64,000 bases of DNA from an uncultured delta proteobacterium (lineage in GTDB: Bacteria > Myxococcota_A > Polyangia > Polyangiales > Houyiibacteriaceae): NCBI GenBank assembly GCA_963699755.1, contig CAVOVB010000003.1:352001-416000 (forward strand), in the 5' to 3' direction. How positions within the stretch are numbered: the first letter of the stretch is position 1; every line of letters begins with the position of its first letter. Both the position numbers and the translations under genes were made by a program. This document shows, piece after piece, positions 48,022 through 58,735 of this stretch. The notes under the pieces were generated by a model, which was not told the DNA's origin, searched no databases, and was given only the letters and a program-made list of their open reading frames with translations.

Positions 48022-48585
48022 TCAGCCCTTGACGCGTTCCACGTAGGAGCCGGTGCGCGTGTCGATCTTCAGCCTGTCGCCCGCGTTGACGAAAAGCGGC
48101 ACGTTCACTTGCAATCCGGTTTCGAGCGTCGCTGGTTTCGTTGTGTTGCTGCTGGTGTCGCCCTTGAAGCCGGGCTCGGTTTCGGTGACCAGGAGCTCGA
48201 CGAAAGTGGGAGGCGTCACACCGATGGGACGGCCTTCGAAAAGCATGACATCGACTTCGGTTCCATCGAGAAGGTAGTGGACGCTTTCGCCGAGCTGCTC
48301 ATCCGTGAGGGAAAGCTGCTCGTAGCTTTGGGTGTCCATGAACACGCGCGAAGCGCCCTCTGGGTAGAGGTACTGCATGGTGCGTTCTTCGGTGTCGGCT
48401 TTCTCGATCTTCTCGCCGCTCTTGAAGGTTCGGTCGATCACCGCCCCGGTCATCATGTTCTTGATGCGGGTCCGAATGAAGGCTTGGCCCTTGCCCGGCT
48501 TCACGAATTGGTAGTCCACGACCGCGTACGGCACGCCGTCCATGAGCATCTTGAAACCTTTTTTGATGTCCGAGGTGTCTGCCAT
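48022..48585 (-). CDS. efp: Elongation factor P
   Basis: VKPGKGQAF, PGFKGDT, KPATLETG, VPLFV, IDTRTG.Y. Confidence 0.97.
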   Translation of the reverse strand: MADTSDIKKGFKMLMDGVPYAVVDYQFVKPGKGQAFIRTRIKNMMTGAVIDRTFKSGEKIEKADTEERTMQYLYPEGASRVFMDTQSYEQLSLTDEQLGESVHYLLDGTEVDVMLFEGRPIGVTPPTFVELLVTETEPGFKGDTSSNTTKPATLETGLQVNVPLFVNAGDRLKIDTRTGSYVERVKG

Positions 48586-48589
48586 CTGT

Positions 48590-48997
48590 CTAATTCTCGC
48601 GGATTCTCTGGGAGGCGACCAGTAGGTCGCTCGGTTGATCGGGAGTGGCGCTGTTCTCTGCGGTGATTTGGACCTCGAACTCGCGCAAGGAGGTGGGAAT
48701 CGCAGCCCGGCCGACCTGTGTGTCGGCGTCATAGTCGAGCGCCTGCTGACGCTGAGGAAACTCGCCCACCGGGACGAACCACACGATGAAGTGCGTCAGT
48801 CCGAGCTCGATCCTCTCGGGCGGGACGAGGTGGTCCAAGGTCACCGTGATCAGAATCTGCTGCTTGTCGAGTTTTTCGACGTCGATTTCTCCGTTTGCCG
48901 CTGGCACGTACGCACTGCCTACCAACGCATAGTCAGCTGGCGGGTTGCAACTTGCGATTGCGGAAATCACGATGAAAGAGATAAGGCGCAGTGCCAC
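48590..48997 (-). CDS. Small hypothetical lipoprotein
   Basis: Hydrophobic signal followed by IASC lipobox; GTG start inferred. Confidence 0.6.
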   Translation of the reverse strand: MALRLISFIVISAIASCNPPADYALVGSAYVPAANGEIDVEKLDKQQILITVTLDHLVPPERIELGLTHFIVWFVPVGEFPQRQQALDYDADTQVGRAAIPTSLREFEVQITAENSATPDQPSDLLVASQRIREN

Positions 48998-49091
48998 GGA
49001 AACCTCCACGGCTCGGCTTGTAGGCGGCTCGTATGATTCCGTCAAGCGCCAGCGCTTGCCTCGCGTCCGGGTCAGCGGTACTCCGGGTTTC

Positions 49092-50009
49092 ATGCGAGAC
49101 GTCGACGACGAGGTGCGCGAGATCAAGAAAGAGATCGTCGAGAGCCGTGGCCTGATCATCAAGACCAACAACCTGGTCAACGCCTTGGGCGCGGACCTCA
49201 AATCGATCGCCAAGCGGCAGGCAGGCTACGAGCGCCGGTTGAACTGGAACAGTGGGGTCGCGATCGCCGTGATCGGCGTTCTGTCGTTTGTGGGGCTCAA
49301 GCTCTACTTCGACGCGCAGACCGGAGCGATGCAAGCCGACAAGTCGGCCGCCGAGGCCATCGCCGAGGAGCTCCGCAGCGATCTCGGAGACGAGGTGCGC
49401 CGAGCCTCGGATCGGGGTACGGCCGCCGCGAAGGCCGCGAAATACTACGACCTAATTCGCGCCCGGAAGCGCGCCGAGGTCGTGCGCGAGTATCCCGCGA
49501 TGGCCAAGGAGGCCTTGTCCCCGGCCGAGGCCGCTGTCTTCCGGGACTTCGAGCAGCAGTTCCGACAAGACCTGTCGCTCGAGGCCTATCAGAAGGGCCT
49601 CTCGCTTACCGAGGGTAAGAAGCAGGGCGACGCGATCGAGCGCTTCGAAGAGGCGATCGAGCTGGACCCAAACGGCTCCCACATTCCTGCGGTCAAGCAC
49701 AGCCTCGCGCTGGCGTTGCGCGGCGAAAAGCGCTCAGCGGAGGCGCTCGTGTGGGCGCAACAGGTAGCCGACCAAAAGACCGAGACCGCCCTTCAGGCGG
49801 ATGGATGGTGGCTGGTCGCACTTTGCGCGCGGGACATCGGCGATCTGGACACGGCGCGCGAGGCGCTCAAGCTCCTAATCAAGAAATGGCCGAGGTCAGC
49901 ACTCTCGCGCGACGCCAGACCGCTCCTTCGTGAGCTGACACGAGAGGCGTATCTCGGGAAGAGAACCGCGACGGCGACACCGGTCGGCAGCCTCCCGAGC
50001 GAGCCCTGA
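49092..50009 (+). CDS. Membrane-anchored coiled-coil/TPR protein
   Basis: Coiled-coil N-terminus, TM, C-terminal TPRs ending LIKKWPRS (YbgF/BamD-like). Confidence 0.75.
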   Translation: MRDVDDEVREIKKEIVESRGLIIKTNNLVNALGADLKSIAKRQAGYERRLNWNSGVAIAVIGVLSFVGLKLYFDAQTGAMQADKSAAEAIAEELRSDLGDEVRRASDRGTAAAKAAKYYDLIRARKRAEVVREYPAMAKEALSPAEAAVFRDFEQQFRQDLSLEAYQKGLSLTEGKKQGDAIERFEEAIELDPNGSHIPAVKHSLALALRGEKRSAEALVWAQQVADQKTETALQADGWWLVALCARDIGDLDTAREALKLLIKKWPRSALSRDARPLLRELTREAYLGKRTATATPVGSLPSEP

Positions 50010-50071
50010 GCAGTCAGCGCACGGGAATCGCGTGTCGACGTAGCGGGCGACCTGTGCCAGGTTGATGAGTG

Positions 50072-50992
50072 ATGGCCCGGCCGCGCGTCGCATTCGTAGC
50101 CTCTGGTGGTGCCGCGAAAGGCGTGGCTCACATCGGTGTCCTTCGTGCGATGCAGGAGCTGGGCATCGAAGCCGACATCTGTGTGGGTGCCTCAGCAGGC
50201 GCGATCGCAGGCGCGTTCTACGCACAGGGCTACACACCATCGCAAATGATCGACTGGTTTCGACCTTTTTGGCAGCGAGGCATCGAAAGCCCGCCTCTCA
50301 AGGCGCGATATTTCCTCGGTTTGCCCAACCAGGAGCAGCGTCGCAGCTGGGGCTATCTCAGCAGCGGTCTTCTCTCGATCGATCGATTCGAGGGCTTCGT
50401 CGCCGAGCGGTTGCCGAGCAACGACTTTCGCGACCTCGACAAGCACTTGATGGTGACGGCTGCAGACATCGATGGTCGCGGCAGGGTGGTCTTCGGTCGT
50501 GGATACCGCGATGACGTTCCGATCAGCAAGGCCGTCGCTGCCTCGACCTGCGTGCCTGGTCTTTTCCGTCCGCACCGTATCGGCGATCGCTTCTACATCG
50601 ATGGCGAGGTCGTCCGCACACTCAGTATCGACTTGGCGGTCGAAGCTGGCGCCGACGTCGTGATCGTCTCCAACGTCTACCGTCCTCATGTCGGCCGAGT
50701 AGGAAGCCCGTCGCTCGTCCATCAAGGTGGCCTCGCGGTCGTTCGCCAAGCGCTGAACATCATTCTCAATGAAAAAGAGAAACGCGGCATCGATTTGATT
50801 CACAAGATGTATCCGCAAATCCAGGTCCTCGTCGTATCCCCGGATCTCGGGCGACTGCCCTTCACCTCACGGATGCATGCCCGCACGATGCTTCGCAGGG
50901 GCTACCGCGACGCGCTGCGGATTTTGGCGAAGGCGAAGCGGCGAGGGGTGTTCGAGGTGGCTCCCAACGTACGCAGCATCGGCGAGGCTTAG
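50072..50992 (+). CDS. Patatin-like phospholipase
   Basis: SGGAAKG..HIG, GASAG, ASTCVPG, IDGE. Confidence 0.9.
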   Translation: MARPRVAFVASGGAAKGVAHIGVLRAMQELGIEADICVGASAGAIAGAFYAQGYTPSQMIDWFRPFWQRGIESPPLKARYFLGLPNQEQRRSWGYLSSGLLSIDRFEGFVAERLPSNDFRDLDKHLMVTAADIDGRGRVVFGRGYRDDVPISKAVAASTCVPGLFRPHRIGDRFYIDGEVVRTLSIDLAVEAGADVVIVSNVYRPHVGRVGSPSLVHQGGLAVVRQALNIILNEKEKRGIDLIHKMYPQIQVLVVSPDLGRLPFTSRMHARTMLRRGYRDALRILAKAKRRGVFEVAPNVRSIGEA

Positions 50993-51013
50993 GAGGCCCC
51001 ACCTGGCCTCCTA
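50990..51013. terminator. Hairpin between convergent patatin and cutA genes; stem includes both stop codons
   Basis: TAGGAGGCC-ccacct-GGCCTCCTA, a 9-bp perfect stem with no U-tract. Confidence 0.45.
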
Positions 51014-51334
51014 GGTTTGCGCGACGGCCCAAGCGAGGTAGCTGTCACTTACCCCCTCTGCCGCGAGTGCCACGATTTCCGGAACATCATAGGGATGATT
51101 TGCTCTGATCCACGCGGCTAGCTCGTCGTACCGGCCCCTGCGTGTCTTGATCAGGAGCTGAATCTCGGCGTCGGTTTCAATCTTGCCCCGCCACCGATAG
51201 ACCGACTTCAGGCCAGGAACCGCGCTCACGCAGGCCGCCAGTCTTTGTTCGACCAGCCCCTTCGCCAGCTTCTCCGCCGTCGTCTCGTCCGGCACCGTGC
51301 ACAGCACGATCAATAGCTCGTTCTCGTGGCTCAC
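51011..51334 (-). CDS. cutA: Divalent-cation tolerance protein CutA
   Basis: LAAC, S.YRW.GKIE...E, HPYDVPEI. Confidence 0.93.
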   Translation of the reverse strand: MSHENELLIVLCTVPDETTAEKLAKGLVEQRLAACVSAVPGLKSVYRWRGKIETDAEIQLLIKTRRGRYDELAAWIRANHPYDVPEIVALAAEGVSDSYLAWAVAQT

Positions 51335-51347
51335 GGGTCGGGCAACC

Positions 51348-52160
51348 TCAAATTGCGTGAACCCGCACGTCTAAACCGCGGTCGATGACTGCGACAGAGC
51401 GCTCAGGGACGGTTTCATAGCCAACGTGCTCTTCTTCAGCGCCGCAGACCAGCATGACGTAGCGAAGTGGCGTGCTGCCGGTGGGCGGAGGCCTGTAGTC
51501 GTCGGGCGGATCGTGAAGACCCTGGCGTTCGACGTAGATCATCGGTGCACCGTGTCTCAGCGCGTACATCGAGCGGCCGTTGGTAAGGATGAAACTGAGG
51601 CTGGTGTCACGGCTGCCGACTTCGGCGGTGAGCCGTTCGACCAGTGTGACCGCAGCGCTCAGGGCAGGCAGGGCTTGCGCTTCATTGAGGTCGGGGTTGT
51701 CGAGCTGACCCGCATCGTGCAGCAGTGTGAGAACCGTGTGGAAGAGATACTCGCTGTCGGTCTGTCCGCGGATGTTGCGGCGCAGGAAGTCAGGGATCAT
51801 CTCGGCGAGGTTGTCACGGATTGCGTCGAAACGGCCGATCGTACCCTGATGCGCGAAGAGCCAGCTCCGCATTCGAAACGGATGGGCATTCTCCGCGCGG
51901 AAGTCGCCCACGGTCGGTTGACGCATGTGCAAGACGGCGCAGTCCGAATGAACGTCACCGGCGATGCTCTGCCAATCGACGCGCTCGCCGGCGCGGGTTG
52001 GACGCTTCTTATGGAGTACCTCGTCCCCGTGATAAAAGCCGATGCCCCAACCGCTAGCGTCTGCCGCCGCTGTCTCGTGGCGAAGCACGGCGCGCTCTTG
52101 GTACAAGGCGTCGCGCATTCGGTCAGCGCGGTTCGCGACGTAGCCAATGAGCCTACTCAT
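51348..52160 (-). CDS. Class II glutamine amidotransferase-like protein (YafJ/EgtC family) with Ser at the N-terminal nucleophile position
   Basis: GWGIGFY, H.R..TVG, NAHPF, FAHQG, GQTDSEYLF. Confidence 0.85.
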   Translation of the reverse strand: MSRLIGYVANRADRMRDALYQERAVLRHETAAADASGWGIGFYHGDEVLHKKRPTRAGERVDWQSIAGDVHSDCAVLHMRQPTVGDFRAENAHPFRMRSWLFAHQGTIGRFDAIRDNLAEMIPDFLRRNIRGQTDSEYLFHTVLTLLHDAGQLDNPDLNEAQALPALSAAVTLVERLTAEVGSRDTSLSFILTNGRSMYALRHGAPMIYVERQGLHDPPDDYRPPPTGSTPLRYVMLVCGAEEEHVGYETVPERSVAVIDRGLDVRVHAI

Positions 52161-52323
52161 CGTTTGAGCTCCCAAGCGAAGTGTAAGTAGAGTACTGAAT
52201 CATCGTTCCCCATGTTCATGAATACCACGCGTCCAGATCCCCATCAACGAACTGGAGTGCCCCCAGGTCGGGGGTGGACGCACACAAAGTGGGCTGATGG
52301 AATGGATTGTGGTAGCGGTTGGT

Positions 52324-53217
52324 ATGTCCGTCGCATTGGACGGTGCGTTGGATGACTACATTCAGCACTTGCGCGTGGAACGAGGCCTATCGAGACACAC
52401 GGTGGACGCCTACGCCCACGATCTCGCTCGTTTCGTCAGCTGGCTCGTCGATGAAGGCTTGGCGTTCGACCAGGTCGATGATGCACGAGTCGCCGCCCAT
52501 CTCGTCACCTTGTCACAATCAGGCCTCAGCGCGCGCACGCAGGCGAGGGCGTTGAGCTCGATTCGCGGCTTCTTTCGCTTCCTCGTCGAGGAAGGCCGAC
52601 ACCCAGTCGACCCGACCGTTCTCCTGGAAGGGCCGCGCCTTCTACGCACGCTGCCGGACATCCTCAATCGCGACGAGGTCATTCGGCTCTTGAACGCGCC
52701 GAGCGGGACCAAGCCAAACCGCGTTCGCGATCGCGCCATGCTGCAGACGATGTACGCTGCCGGCCTCCGGGTCACCGAGCTCGTAGAGCTCGACCTCGGC
52801 GACGTGAACCTCGAGGACGGTTTCGTCTCGGCGCTGGGCAAAGGCAAGAAGCGGCGGATCGTCCCCATCGGAGCCCCGGCGCGCGCAGCATTGATCGGCT
52901 ATCTGACTGAGGTGAGGCCGAGATGGGCACGACCCTCTGGCCGTGCCTGCTTCGTCACTGCGCGCGGAAACGCAATGACCCGCCAGGCTTTCTGGAGTCT
53001 GGTCAAGCGATATGCGCGGGCGGCCGGAATCACGAAACCGATCTCGCCGCACAAGCTCCGGCACTCTTTTGCGACCCACCTGCTCGCAGGTGGCGCCGAT
53101 CTCCGCTCGGTACAGACGATGCTCGGTCACGCCGACATTTCGACCACCCAAATCTACACTCACGTCACCGGGGAGCACCTGAGGAAGATGCACGAGCGGT
53201 ACCACCCCCGCGGGTAG
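52324..53217 (+). CDS. xerD: Tyrosine recombinase XerD
   Basis: [57 protein letters not shown]. Confidence 0.92.
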   Translation: MSVALDGALDDYIQHLRVERGLSRHTVDAYAHDLARFVSWLVDEGLAFDQVDDARVAAHLVTLSQSGLSARTQARALSSIRGFFRFLVEEGRHPVDPTVLLEGPRLLRTLPDILNRDEVIRLLNAPSGTKPNRVRDRAMLQTMYAAGLRVTELVELDLGDVNLEDGFVSALGKGKKRRIVPIGAPARAALIGYLTEVRPRWARPSGRACFVTARGNAMTRQAFWSLVKRYARAAGITKPISPHKLRHSFATHLLAGGADLRSVQTMLGHADISTTQIYTHVTGEHLRKMHERYHPRG

Positions 53218-53383
53218 ATCCACGCGATCAAATCGGGGCGAACGACTCGCTCATGACGCCCTGAGGACAGTCCCGGACAATGGTCGCAAGCGGACTGAAT
53301 CGGTATTCGGGCGCCTCCGTAGACTCGTGCTATAGGCCTGCCGCTCTGCACGCAATGAGGTCGACCTTGAGGAGGCAAGCACC

Positions 53384-54562
53384 GTGAACATTCACGAGTA
53401 TCAAGCAAAAGAACTGTACCGGAGGTACGGTATACCGGTGCCGAAGGGCATCCCCTGCATGTCGCCCGAGGAAGCGACGCAGGCGGCCAAGAAGCTCATC
53501 GAGGAGACCGGCAACGAGGTCGTCGTGGTCAAGGCACAGATTCACGCAGGCGGCCGTGGTAAGGCAGGAGGCGTCAAGGTCGTCAAAGGCGTGGGCGCCG
53601 CAACCGAGGCCGCAAGAGACATCTTTGGCAAGACACTCATCACCCATCAGACCGGTCCCGAAGGCAAGGTCGTGCAGCGCCTTCTAGTCGAGCAAGGTCT
53701 CGCCATCAAGAGCGAGCTCTACCTCGCGCTCGTCGTCGATCGCGAGACTCGTCGCATTGCGATCATGGCGTCGACCGAAGGCGGCATGGACATCGAAGAG
53801 GTTGCGGCGAGCACTCCGGAGAAGATTCACACCATTTCGATCGATCCGGCCGTCGGCTTGCAGGCCTACCAGATTCGTCAGCTCGCATTCGCGCTCGGCC
53901 TCTCCAAGCAGGAGCAAAAAAACTTCAGCAAGCTGCTCAGCGGACTTGCCACGCTCTTCGAAAAGGAAGACTGCTCGATCGCCGAAATCAACCCGCTCAT
54001 TCTCACCGAGGACGAGCAGGTCATCGCGCTCGATGCAAAGGTGAACTTCGATTCAAATGCCGAGTTCCGGCACAAGGCGTTCTGGGATTCGGTTCGCGAC
54101 CTCTCGGAGGAGGCGCCGACGGAGACGGAGGCCAAGGAAGCCGGCCTCTCGTTCATTCAGCTCGACGGCAACATCGGCTGCCTGGTCAACGGTGCAGGCC
54201 TCGCCATGAGCACCATGGACACGATCAAGCACTTCGGCGGCGAGCCCGCGAACTTCCTGGACGTCGGTGGCGGAGCGAGTCAGGAGGCCGTCACCAAGGC
54301 CTTCCGGATCATTCTCCAGTCGGATGCCGTCCAGGGCATCTTCGTGAACATATTCGGGGGCATCATGCGCTGCGACACCATCGCCAACGGCGTGGTCGCG
54401 GCCACCAAGGAGCTCGGCTTGAAGGTACCGCTCGTCGTCAGGCTCGAGGGCACCAAGGTCGAAGAGGGCCGCAAGATCCTCGACAGCTCCGGGCTTGCCA
54501 TCACGTCAGCGGCCACGATGGCCGAGGGCGCCCAGAAAATCGTCGAGCTGGCAAAGGGATAA
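53384..54562 (+). CDS. sucC: Succinyl-CoA ligase beta subunit
   Basis: [39 protein letters not shown]. Confidence 0.98.
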   Translation: MNIHEYQAKELYRRYGIPVPKGIPCMSPEEATQAAKKLIEETGNEVVVVKAQIHAGGRGKAGGVKVVKGVGAATEAARDIFGKTLITHQTGPEGKVVQRLLVEQGLAIKSELYLALVVDRETRRIAIMASTEGGMDIEEVAASTPEKIHTISIDPAVGLQAYQIRQLAFALGLSKQEQKNFSKLLSGLATLFEKEDCSIAEINPLILTEDEQVIALDAKVNFDSNAEFRHKAFWDSVRDLSEEAPTETEAKEAGLSFIQLDGNIGCLVNGAGLAMSTMDTIKHFGGEPANFLDVGGGASQEAVTKAFRIILQSDAVQGIFVNIFGGIMRCDTIANGVVAATKELGLKVPLVVRLEGTKVEEGRKILDSSGLAITSAATMAEGAQKIVELAKG

Positions 54563-54567
54563 GGGCG

Positions 54568-55437
54568 ATGTCGATTCTCGTAGACAAGAACACCAGGCTC
54601 GTCGTTCAGGGCATGACTGGGAGCGTCGGTCAGTTCCACACCGAGCAAATGATCGCCTACGGCACAAACATCGTGGCCGGCTGCACGCCAGGCAAGGGCG
54701 GCCAGTCGCTCCTGGACGTGCCGATCTACGACACGATGCGGGACGTGGTGAAGGAGACCGGGGCCAACGCTTCGTGCATCTTCGTGCCTCCCCCGTTTGC
54801 CGGAGACGCCATCCTGGAGGCGGTCGATGCCGAGGTTCCGCTCGTCGTCTGCATCACCGAGGGAATCCCAGTGATGGACATGATCAAAGTTCGACGGGTT
54901 CTCGATTCACAGGACAAGACCCGCCTCATTGGTCCGAACTGCCCCGGAGTCATCACGCCCGATCAGTGCAAAATCGGCATCATGCCCGGTCACGTTCACA
55001 AGGCTGGCCGCATCGGTGTCGTCTCGAAGAGCGGTACCCTGACCTATGAAGCGGTCGGCCAGCTCACCGCCCTCGGCATCGGCCAGAGCACGGCGGTTGG
55101 CATCGGGGGCGATCCGATCAATGGGACCGACTTCATCGACATCCTGAAGCTCTTCAACGACGACCCCGATACCGACGGGGTGATCTTGATCGGCGAAATC
55201 GGTGGCAACGCCGAGGAGCAGGCTGCGGCCTGGATCAAAGACAACTTCAAGAAGCCCGTCGCCGGGTTCATCGCGGGACGCACGGCGCCTCCGGGAAAGC
55301 GCATGGGTCATGCGGGCGCCATCATCAGCGGGGGCAAGGGCACCGCGGACGCGAAAATCGAGGCCCTCGAGGATGCCGGTGTGAAGGTCGCACCGACGCC
55401 GTCCGATATGGGCAGCACACTACAGAGCCTTCTCTAA
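54568..55437 (+). CDS. sucD: Succinyl-CoA ligase alpha subunit
   Basis: ITEGIP, GPNCPG, SGTLTYE, RMGHAGA. Confidence 0.98.
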   Translation: MSILVDKNTRLVVQGMTGSVGQFHTEQMIAYGTNIVAGCTPGKGGQSLLDVPIYDTMRDVVKETGANASCIFVPPPFAGDAILEAVDAEVPLVVCITEGIPVMDMIKVRRVLDSQDKTRLIGPNCPGVITPDQCKIGIMPGHVHKAGRIGVVSKSGTLTYEAVGQLTALGIGQSTAVGIGGDPINGTDFIDILKLFNDDPDTDGVILIGEIGGNAEEQAAAWIKDNFKKPVAGFIAGRTAPPGKRMGHAGAIISGGKGTADAKIEALEDAGVKVAPTPSDMGSTLQSLL

Positions 55438-55461
55438 ACAAGGAGTGGGCGGGAGAAAATC

Positions 55462-56445
55462 ATGTCGAAAAAACCGATGCGTGTCGCGGTCACGGGCGCC
55501 GCAGGCCAGATTGGCTACAGCCTTCTCTTCCGAATCGCCGCAGGTGAGATGCTTGGCAGTGATCAGCCGGTCATTCTGCAGCTCATCGACATTCCGCCAG
55601 CGATGAAAGCCGTCAGCGGCGTGATGATGGAGCTCGAGGACTGCGCGTTCCCGCTCCTCGCCGGCATGGAAGCCAGCGACGAACCCAGCGTGGGCTTCAA
55701 AGATAGCGACTTTGCGCTGCTCGTCGGCGCTCGTCCGCGCGGCAAGGGCATGCTCCGCAAAGACCTGCTCGAAGCCAACGGTGCAATTTTCACGGGGCAG
55801 GGCAAGGCGCTGAGCGATGCAGCTAGCCGAGACGTCAAGGTGCTGGTCGTTGGCAATCCAGCCAACACCAACAGCTACATTGCGATGAAGAATGCGCCGG
55901 ACCTCGACCCATCGTGTTTCACCGCAATGGTCCGCCTCGATCAGAACCGTGCGATATCGCAGGTTGCCGCCAAGACGGGACGCGCAGTGACGGACATCAA
56001 GAAGGTCACCATTTGGGGCAACCACTCGGCCACCCAGTACCCCGATCTCTTCAACGCCGAGATCGACGGCAAGAGCGTTGCCGCTCTCATCAACGACAAG
56101 GCTTGGATCGAAAACGACTTCATCCCAACCGTTCAGCAGCGCGGCAAGGAAATCATCGAAGCCCGCGGCCTTTCGAGCGCGGCTTCTGCGGCAAACGCTG
56201 CCATCGATCACGTTCGCGATTGGCATCTCGGTACGGTCGCCGGCGATTGGGCCTCGATGGCGGTACCTTCGGACGGCAGCTACGGCATCCCTGAAGGTAT
56301 CATCTACGGCTTTCCCTGCACTTGCAGCGGTGGGAAATGGTCGATCGTCCAGGGGCTCGAGATCAACGAGTTCAGCCGCGCCAAAATGGATGCCACGGCC
56401 GCGGAGCTGCAAGAAGAAGCTGCTGCGGTCGCTCATTTGGTTTAG
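55462..56445 (+). CDS. mdh: Malate dehydrogenase (type 2, cytosolic-like)
   Basis: [46 protein letters not shown]. Confidence 0.96.
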   Translation: MSKKPMRVAVTGAAGQIGYSLLFRIAAGEMLGSDQPVILQLIDIPPAMKAVSGVMMELEDCAFPLLAGMEASDEPSVGFKDSDFALLVGARPRGKGMLRKDLLEANGAIFTGQGKALSDAASRDVKVLVVGNPANTNSYIAMKNAPDLDPSCFTAMVRLDQNRAISQVAAKTGRAVTDIKKVTIWGNHSATQYPDLFNAEIDGKSVAALINDKAWIENDFIPTVQQRGKEIIEARGLSSAASAANAAIDHVRDWHLGTVAGDWASMAVPSDGSYGIPEGIIYGFPCTCSGGKWSIVQGLEINEFSRAKMDATAAELQEEAAAVAHLV

Positions 56446-56481
56446 TCTTCGGCCAGTTCCAACCGGGGAGGCGGTGCCGGG

Positions 56482-57381
56482 ATGCGAAAGCCGAGGCTGG
56501 TCGAAGAGCACGAAGCGGCGGGCAAACGCATCGTAGTCGACGGCCAGCACATCTTCGTTCGCGAGCACGGCGAGGGCGAGCCGGTTCTCCTTCTTCATGG
56601 CGTCCCGTCGAGCTCCTTCCTCTATCGGAAGATGCTTCCAGAGCTCGCCGGTCACGGGCTTAGGGCGATCAGTTTCGATTTCCCCGGTGTGGGATTGAGT
56701 GACAAGCCCCAGGACATCGACTACGACTGGCATGCGCTCGCGAAATGGGTCGGCCGCGTCGTGGACACGCTAGCCCTGCCACCGGTGCACTTGGTCCTTC
56801 ACGACATTGCAGGTCCGATCGGCGCGGAGTGGGCGATTCACAATCCGGTGAAGGTGCGCTCCATCACCTTCACCAACACGGTGATGGATGTGGCGGACTT
56901 CATCCCCGCATTTCCGATTCGGGCCCTGCGCGTTCCGGTCCTTCGCCACGTCGTCTTTTCGACGATGAACATCTCCACCGCCCTGAAGCTCTTCCGTCAC
57001 AGTGGGGTCAAGAACCCCGATGCGATCGACGAGGACGTTGTCGCCGCTTATCTCTACCTGCTGAGGAACAACGGGGGGCACCGCAGCTTCCTCGAGATCA
57101 TGGACGGCTTCGACCTCAGCGAGAAGTATCGCGACTGGCTGCGCGACGGCCTTCTGGCAATCGACAAGCCCATGCAGCTGGTATGGGGAGAGCAAGAGAC
57201 TGCAATCCCGAAGGCGCAGCTCCACTACATCAAGCAGGTGTTTCCCCTGCGCGCAGAGCACCGAGTCGACGCTCGCCACTTCTTGCAGGAAGAGCAGCCT
57301 GCCGTCATCGCCGCGCATATAGCGGCCTTCGCCCAGGACATTGCTCAGCAATCAAAACGCGCTACAAACGCGCCTGGCTAA
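56482..57381 (+). CDS. Alpha/beta hydrolase of the haloalkane dehalogenase/epoxide hydrolase type
   Basis: LLHGVP.SSFLYR, G.G.SDKP, HDIAG (Asp nucleophile), ARHFLQEE. Confidence 0.85.
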   Translation: MRKPRLVEEHEAAGKRIVVDGQHIFVREHGEGEPVLLLHGVPSSSFLYRKMLPELAGHGLRAISFDFPGVGLSDKPQDIDYDWHALAKWVGRVVDTLALPPVHLVLHDIAGPIGAEWAIHNPVKVRSITFTNTVMDVADFIPAFPIRALRVPVLRHVVFSTMNISTALKLFRHSGVKNPDAIDEDVVAAYLYLLRNNGGHRSFLEIMDGFDLSEKYRDWLRDGLLAIDKPMQLVWGEQETAIPKAQLHYIKQVFPLRAEHRVDARHFLQEEQPAVIAAHIAAFAQDIAQQSKRATNAPG

Positions 57382-57444
57382 CCCCGGTAGAACGCCCCTA
57401 ACGCCACGGGGCTTTCCCCCAGGAACAGTAGAAGAGGAGCCCAG

Positions 57445-57864
57445 ATGGCTGTCGAACGGACCCTTAGCATCATCAAGCCCGACGCGGTCGAGCAGAACAA
57501 CATCGGGAACATCCTAGCCATGGTTCAGAGCGCGGGTCTCAAAATTCTCGGCATGCGCATGCTGCGTCTGAGCCGCGCACAGGCCGAAGGGTTCTACGCG
57601 GTTCACAAAGAGCGCCCGTTTTTCGGTGAGCTCGTCGAGTTCATGACCCGCGGCCCCGTGGTCGTGACGGCCCTCGAGGCAGACGACGCCGTGGCGCGGT
57701 ACCGGGCGCTGATGGGTTCGACGAACCCAGCCGAGGCGGAAGAGGGCACCATCCGCAAGGCCTACGGCACCGACATCGGTGAGAATGCTTGCCATGGCTC
57801 CGACAGCGTCGAGAACGGCCGGATCGAAGTCTCGTACTTCTTCCCCGAGTACCTGCTCAGGTAG
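57445..57864 (+). CDS. ndk: Nucleoside-diphosphate kinase
   Basis: [26 protein letters not shown]. Confidence 0.97.
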   Translation: MAVERTLSIIKPDAVEQNNIGNILAMVQSAGLKILGMRMLRLSRAQAEGFYAVHKERPFFGELVEFMTRGPVVVTALEADDAVARYRALMGSTNPAEAEEGTIRKAYGTDIGENACHGSDSVENGRIEVSYFFPEYLLR

Positions 57865-57867
57865 GCG

Positions 57868-58701
57868 ATGAGCGATTCCATCGAAAGTCGGTTGCGCCCA
57901 CTCATCGAGCAAGCGTTCGAAGATCGTTCGAAGCTCGAGGGGGCGGAGCACCGCTCGGCGATTGAAGAGACCATCGAGCTACTCGACAAGGGCAAGCTTC
58001 GAGTCGCTAGCCGCGGCCATGACGGCGAGTGGACCGTGCACGCCTGGACCAAGCAAGCGATTCTCCTCTACTTTGGCATTCGTGCGATGGAGCGGGTCGA
58101 GGTCGGCGCGTACGAGTACCACGACAAGATTCCCCTGAAAAAGAACCTCGACCAGCAGGGGGTGCGCGTGGTGCCGCCCGGTACGGTTCGGTACGGCGCG
58201 CACATGGAGCCCGGCTCGATTCTCATGCCCGGCTACGTGAACATCGGTGCGTATGTGGGCGCTGGCTCGATGGTCGACACCTGGGCCACGGTCGGTTCTT
58301 GCGCGCAAGTCGGCAAAGGTGTTCATCTTTCGGGCGGCGTCGGTCTCGGTGGCGTTCTCGAGCCCCCCGGCGCAGAGCCGGTGATCATCGAAGATGGCGC
58401 GTTCATCGGCTCGCGGGCCATCGTCGTCGAAGGCTCGCGGATCGGCGAAGAAGCCGTGCTCGGCGCCAACGTCGTCATCACCTCGAGCACAAAGATCATC
58501 GACGTCACTGGCCCTGAGCCCGTCGAAACCCGCGGCTACGTTCCGCCGCGATCCGTCGTCATTCCAGGTACGCGTGCCAAGAAGTTCCCTGCAGGGGAGT
58601 TCCAGGTTCCCGTTGCCTTGATCATCGGGAAGCGGAAGGCCAGCACCGACAAGAAGGTCACGCTGAACGAGGCGCTCAGGGACTTCGGAGTGTCGGTCTA
58701 G
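57868..58701 (+). CDS. dapD: Tetrahydrodipicolinate N-succinyltransferase
   Basis: W.KQAILLYF, DKIPLK, VDTWATVGSCAQ, HLSGGVG.GGVLEP. Confidence 0.95.
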   Translation: MSDSIESRLRPLIEQAFEDRSKLEGAEHRSAIEETIELLDKGKLRVASRGHDGEWTVHAWTKQAILLYFGIRAMERVEVGAYEYHDKIPLKKNLDQQGVRVVPPGTVRYGAHMEPGSILMPGYVNIGAYVGAGSMVDTWATVGSCAQVGKGVHLSGGVGLGGVLEPPGAEPVIIEDGAFIGSRAIVVEGSRIGEEAVLGANVVITSSTKIIDVTGPEPVETRGYVPPRSVVIPGTRAKKFPAGEFQVPVALIIGKRKASTDKKVTLNEALRDFGVSV

Positions 58702-58735
58702 CAGCGGAAGCGATCGGTTTGCCAGGGAGGTGCTC

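Noticed and set aside
46289..50992. MazG, patatin and TPR genes as a possible anti-phage system
   Set aside because: MazG is the two-domain housekeeping type. The genes are scattered among efp/epmA, with no cyclase, STAND ATPase or island signature.
52324..53217. Tyrosine recombinase as a possible integrase or mobile element
   Set aside because: Length and motifs (C-terminal YHPRG) match housekeeping XerD. There are no att repeats, tRNA or cargo genes.
53218..53383. Longer intergenic regions (also 1560-1724 and 52161-52323) as possible ncRNA or riboswitch
   Set aside because: No tRNA cloverleaf or recognisable aptamer by eye; promoter and SD content explain them. An Rfam scan would be needed to exclude this fully.
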